Origin: Atractiella rhizophila
Lineage: Eukaryota
Assembly (NCBI GenBank): GCA_021432655.1
Contig: MU271535.1
Location: 1 to 48,553, forward strand
Direction of reading: 5' to 3'
DNA: 48,553 nucleotides
Positions 45,640 to 48,553 of the stretch are shown here, in pieces; position 1 is the stretch's first letter, and each line of letters opens with the position of its first letter. The position numbers and the translations under genes are program-made. Below the pieces are notes generated by a model. The model saw only the letters and a list, made by a program, of their open reading frames with translations, did no database searches and was not told where the DNA came from.

Positions 45640-48553
45640 AGACAGTGGTGAGCAATAATGCGTGCCGCTGAGTCATGGCAAATGCAGAATTGTGATTCTT
45701 GCATTAAATACACTGCCAATTCAGTTTCAGATGGTGGTCAGTTGAATCTAAGAACGGTAACCATATGATCACAACTACATTGGTCTGAGCTCGACCGGAT
45801 TCTGCTGTCCAGCCATATCTGAAGCTAAATTCATCTGAATGTGGGCAGCTTGCAGCTGTCTGTGGCTGGTTGCACCTGAGTAAGTGTCTGCATCCAAATG
45901 ACACCCATCTGAATCTAGACATGGTGCATCTGAATGCAGTCAGTCATTGGACAAAAGAAGATGCATTTTCTACTGCTTTGGGCTTTTCTCCCTTGTCTTC
46001 ACATGATTGTTTTTTTGGATTATTTTAAAGCTTTGTAGTCCACAGGGATTGAATCTGAGAACTCTAGCAAAGATGGCAGTTAATACCATTTAACTATCAT
46101 GGTGTTACGCTGCTGATTATTTCCTGGATTTTCATGAGGCAAAAAACAAACGGAGAATGTATGATAGAATTAAATCAAACATCTACATTGTGAATTAAAT
46201 GCATTTCCCTGTATTATCCTTTACCCCACCCACTTTTCTCACCTCTTCCATCACATCCCCTGTAGGTCTTGACACCAATAGAACCTCTGAAACCTATCTT
46301 CCAACCTCTTCTACACTTTTCCATCCAAGCCCATGTTACAATGTATCTATCACTGTCGCTCCTCTGCCATTGAGGGGACAGTAATGGGAGTTGTGGTATA
46401 ATGACCAAGTGATGCATTGGGGCCCTCATATTGCTTGTTCCACATCTGAAACAGTTACTGGTAAGTGAACGGATTTCATGAGATAGCAACAAATGCTCCA
46501 CCTGCTTTCTAGATTGAGAAAGCTGGTTGTACTCCTCTTTCCAGTCCAAGTCCAAATGTTACTCCTACCAGCCCATTCCTTTTCCCATTGTCTGATCTAG
46601 AGTGCCACTGGACAAAGCAAAATGTTAACCCAATATGCCCTGAGACAAAGCTGGACATGACCTTGAATCCGGTTGAAGATGGTGGTACAAAGAGGGCAGC
46701 TTCTCCCACGTTTGCCTACGTCACACCTGCCTGTTATCCACACAAATCAGGTCAATAACAAACCTGAGCATGTAGCGATGTGGAACCTACAGTGATGTTG
46801 TTGACTGCCACAACACTGCCAGATGACTGAGCCCATAGCACAGTTTTCAGTGTGAATAGCATTGCAGAAGACGGCACAGGATTGCCTGTGCATCATGGGT
46901 TAGTGTAGTTTGACTTAGTCAAATGGCGCGCAAGCTCCTACCATGAGCTAGAATATTCAACTCAACATTCTATACACTGACAGACCACCTGTCAGTCAAC
47001 ACCTTTCAAGAACATGAAAAGGTATTAAATTAAGCTAGTAGAAATGCCACCTATTGGTCCTGACTGAATCTGACTTAGGGATGAAGAGGCTATTCAAAGT
47101 AAACGACATTAGTTGTCACCCTGTGAGCATATGGCCAAAGAGAAGTTGACAAATTGTTTTCATTGGAGACGTTAGAATTCTGTAAAATGCAGCCAACAGC
47201 AATGGAGGTTATGGGAGATGTGGGATTACCATTCAAATTGCATGATAGAATAGCTGATGATACCTTGAACAGCTATCATGGAGGGGAGAAACTTTACTGG
47301 TCTCACATTTTTTATAAGCCCATTTTGAGGTTAGCTGAGGAGCTGGCAGTGCTCTGTAAGGTAAGACTAGAATTTCCTTGGAAGTAGTTGTTCTATACAA
47401 TTTTTTGGAAAATTTAAAGAGTTTTATAGTGAAGATATACAATTGAGAAAAGACTTCGACCGTTCTTCCTTTACTATCTTTACCTTTCACCTTTACTACC
47501 TTATTCTTCTCTGCTACCTTTTCTTTCAGGCCCAGTGGTATCTGTAATAGTTAGCGCCATACATTATAAGAGATACCAGAACCTTCTAGAACATATTAGA
47601 ATAGTTGAGAACATTACTCTGTAATATAATAGAACAGTCTAGAACATTCTCTGAATAACCTTAACTACTATCGCTTAGACCATCTGGAATATTCTGGAAC
47701 AATTCCATAACCATATAAAAGGAGCTGAAATGAGCAAGGATACCATACTATTTCGAACGGAGGGTCACATTGTCACAATGGACCTTTCCGCTCCAAAAAA
47801 TGCCCCTGTAGTCACGCGTAATAAAGATAAGTTTCTACTGAAACACAGTGTCACGTGCTGCGGCAAGATCAAGTGGAACTGATAGAGTGGAGCCGGCAAG
47901 CTGAATGGATAGACCACTGCTTGCTTTTCAAGGCGGTGCAGCTTGTCTACTCACAAACATTCTCAAGATTTAGAGCGAGCACCTACCAGCTAGCAACTTG
48001 GCACCAGCCACCCCTGAGCCGACCTTCCTGCACTTTTGGGAAAGTTTTGATTCCTGATGAATAATATTGATGTGCTAGGAGCAACAGAGATCTTAACAAA
48101 TGGGTGTGCCATTTGATGATTGGTGTGGATCACTTTTGTTGATTCATATCTATGGAGTTTCTGTAGATGCTGTTCCTACTGCATGCTTAGCACTGAAATC
48201 CATGAAGATTGTACACACCCCACCTTTTCATCCTTGCCTCTGCTTTTTGTTTGGTGTAGTATGTATGACAAGGTGATCTGCAAAGACCTGCCTCTTCTTT
48301 GATCTCTTCCCCTTTCCCATTGTGTCACCGTTAAGGATGTGGAATGCCAGTAGGGCCGTTGTGAGAGAATCTGCTGCTGGATGGAGCTAGGGGACAGAGA
48401 TTGGTGGTCAAAGATGATAACATTGATAGGGAAACACATACCTAGGGGACAGAGATTGGAGCAGACCCGTCGCCCCAGGGGTCGGAGACCGTCGGGGTTA
48501 AAACTGGTCGAAAACTGGTCGACCAGTTTTGTGTGCAAATCCTCGCCTTTTTG
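45640..48553. mobile_element. CpG-depleted, degenerate transposon-like region
   Basis: Abrupt loss of CpG and excess TG/CA relative to the gene block, no intact gene, repeated catctgaat motifs, an LTR-like segment near 47380-47777. No transposase or RT motif recognised. Confidence 0.5.
47380..47777 (+). mobile_element. LTR-like remnant with HSE-like array and TATA box
   Basis: AT-rich; repeated tagaaca/ttctagaa; gGAAtaTTCtgGAAc at 47686-47700; TATAAAAGG at 47714; ends in TGTCACA at 47777. No TSD found; left boundary uncertain. Confidence 0.4.

Noticed and set aside
46214..46555. CFRCG as a gag zinc knuckle
   Set aside because: Lacks CX2CX4HX4C spacing, and no protease, RT or integrase motifs are nearby.
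47536..47542. TGGTATC as a tRNA-iMet primer-binding site
   Set aside because: Only 7 nt match, and it does not follow a recognisable LTR end.
48387..48459. CRISPR-like repeat-spacer-repeat (18 bp + 37 bp + 18 bp)
   Set aside because: Only two short copies, eukaryotic context and no cas genes.

Overview
Compact, intron-rich fungal genomic DNA (introns mostly ~45-60 nt with CTRAC branch sites; protein style suggests a basidiomycete, by inference). From 1 to ~45,600 it is a dense housekeeping block: NOT1 (runs off the left edge), an intronless archaemetzincin, a multi-exon membrane protein, a Pex17/Pex33-like gene, two small hypothetical genes, a phytase-like histidine acid phosphatase, ISA1, eIF3g (TIF35), RCL1, an F-box protein, a short STI1, RRP3, BBP/SF1 (MSL5), a RasGEF carrying a 601-bp tandem duplication, ATP18 (missed by the ORF track), EGD2, SF3B2 (CUS1), RRP12 and ARL3/ARFRP1. 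The last ~3 kb is CpG-depleted and looks like decayed transposon DNA. The best candidate for a new system is the 443-nt intron of the branchpoint-binding-protein gene. It holds 8 CTRAY branchpoint-like motifs and a hairpin that hides a cryptic 5' splice site, suggesting splicing-based autoregulation. Also notable: a highly structured 345-nt eIF3g intron (candidate hosted ncRNA) and at least six GC-AG introns. All gene models and foldings were read by eye; no searches were run.
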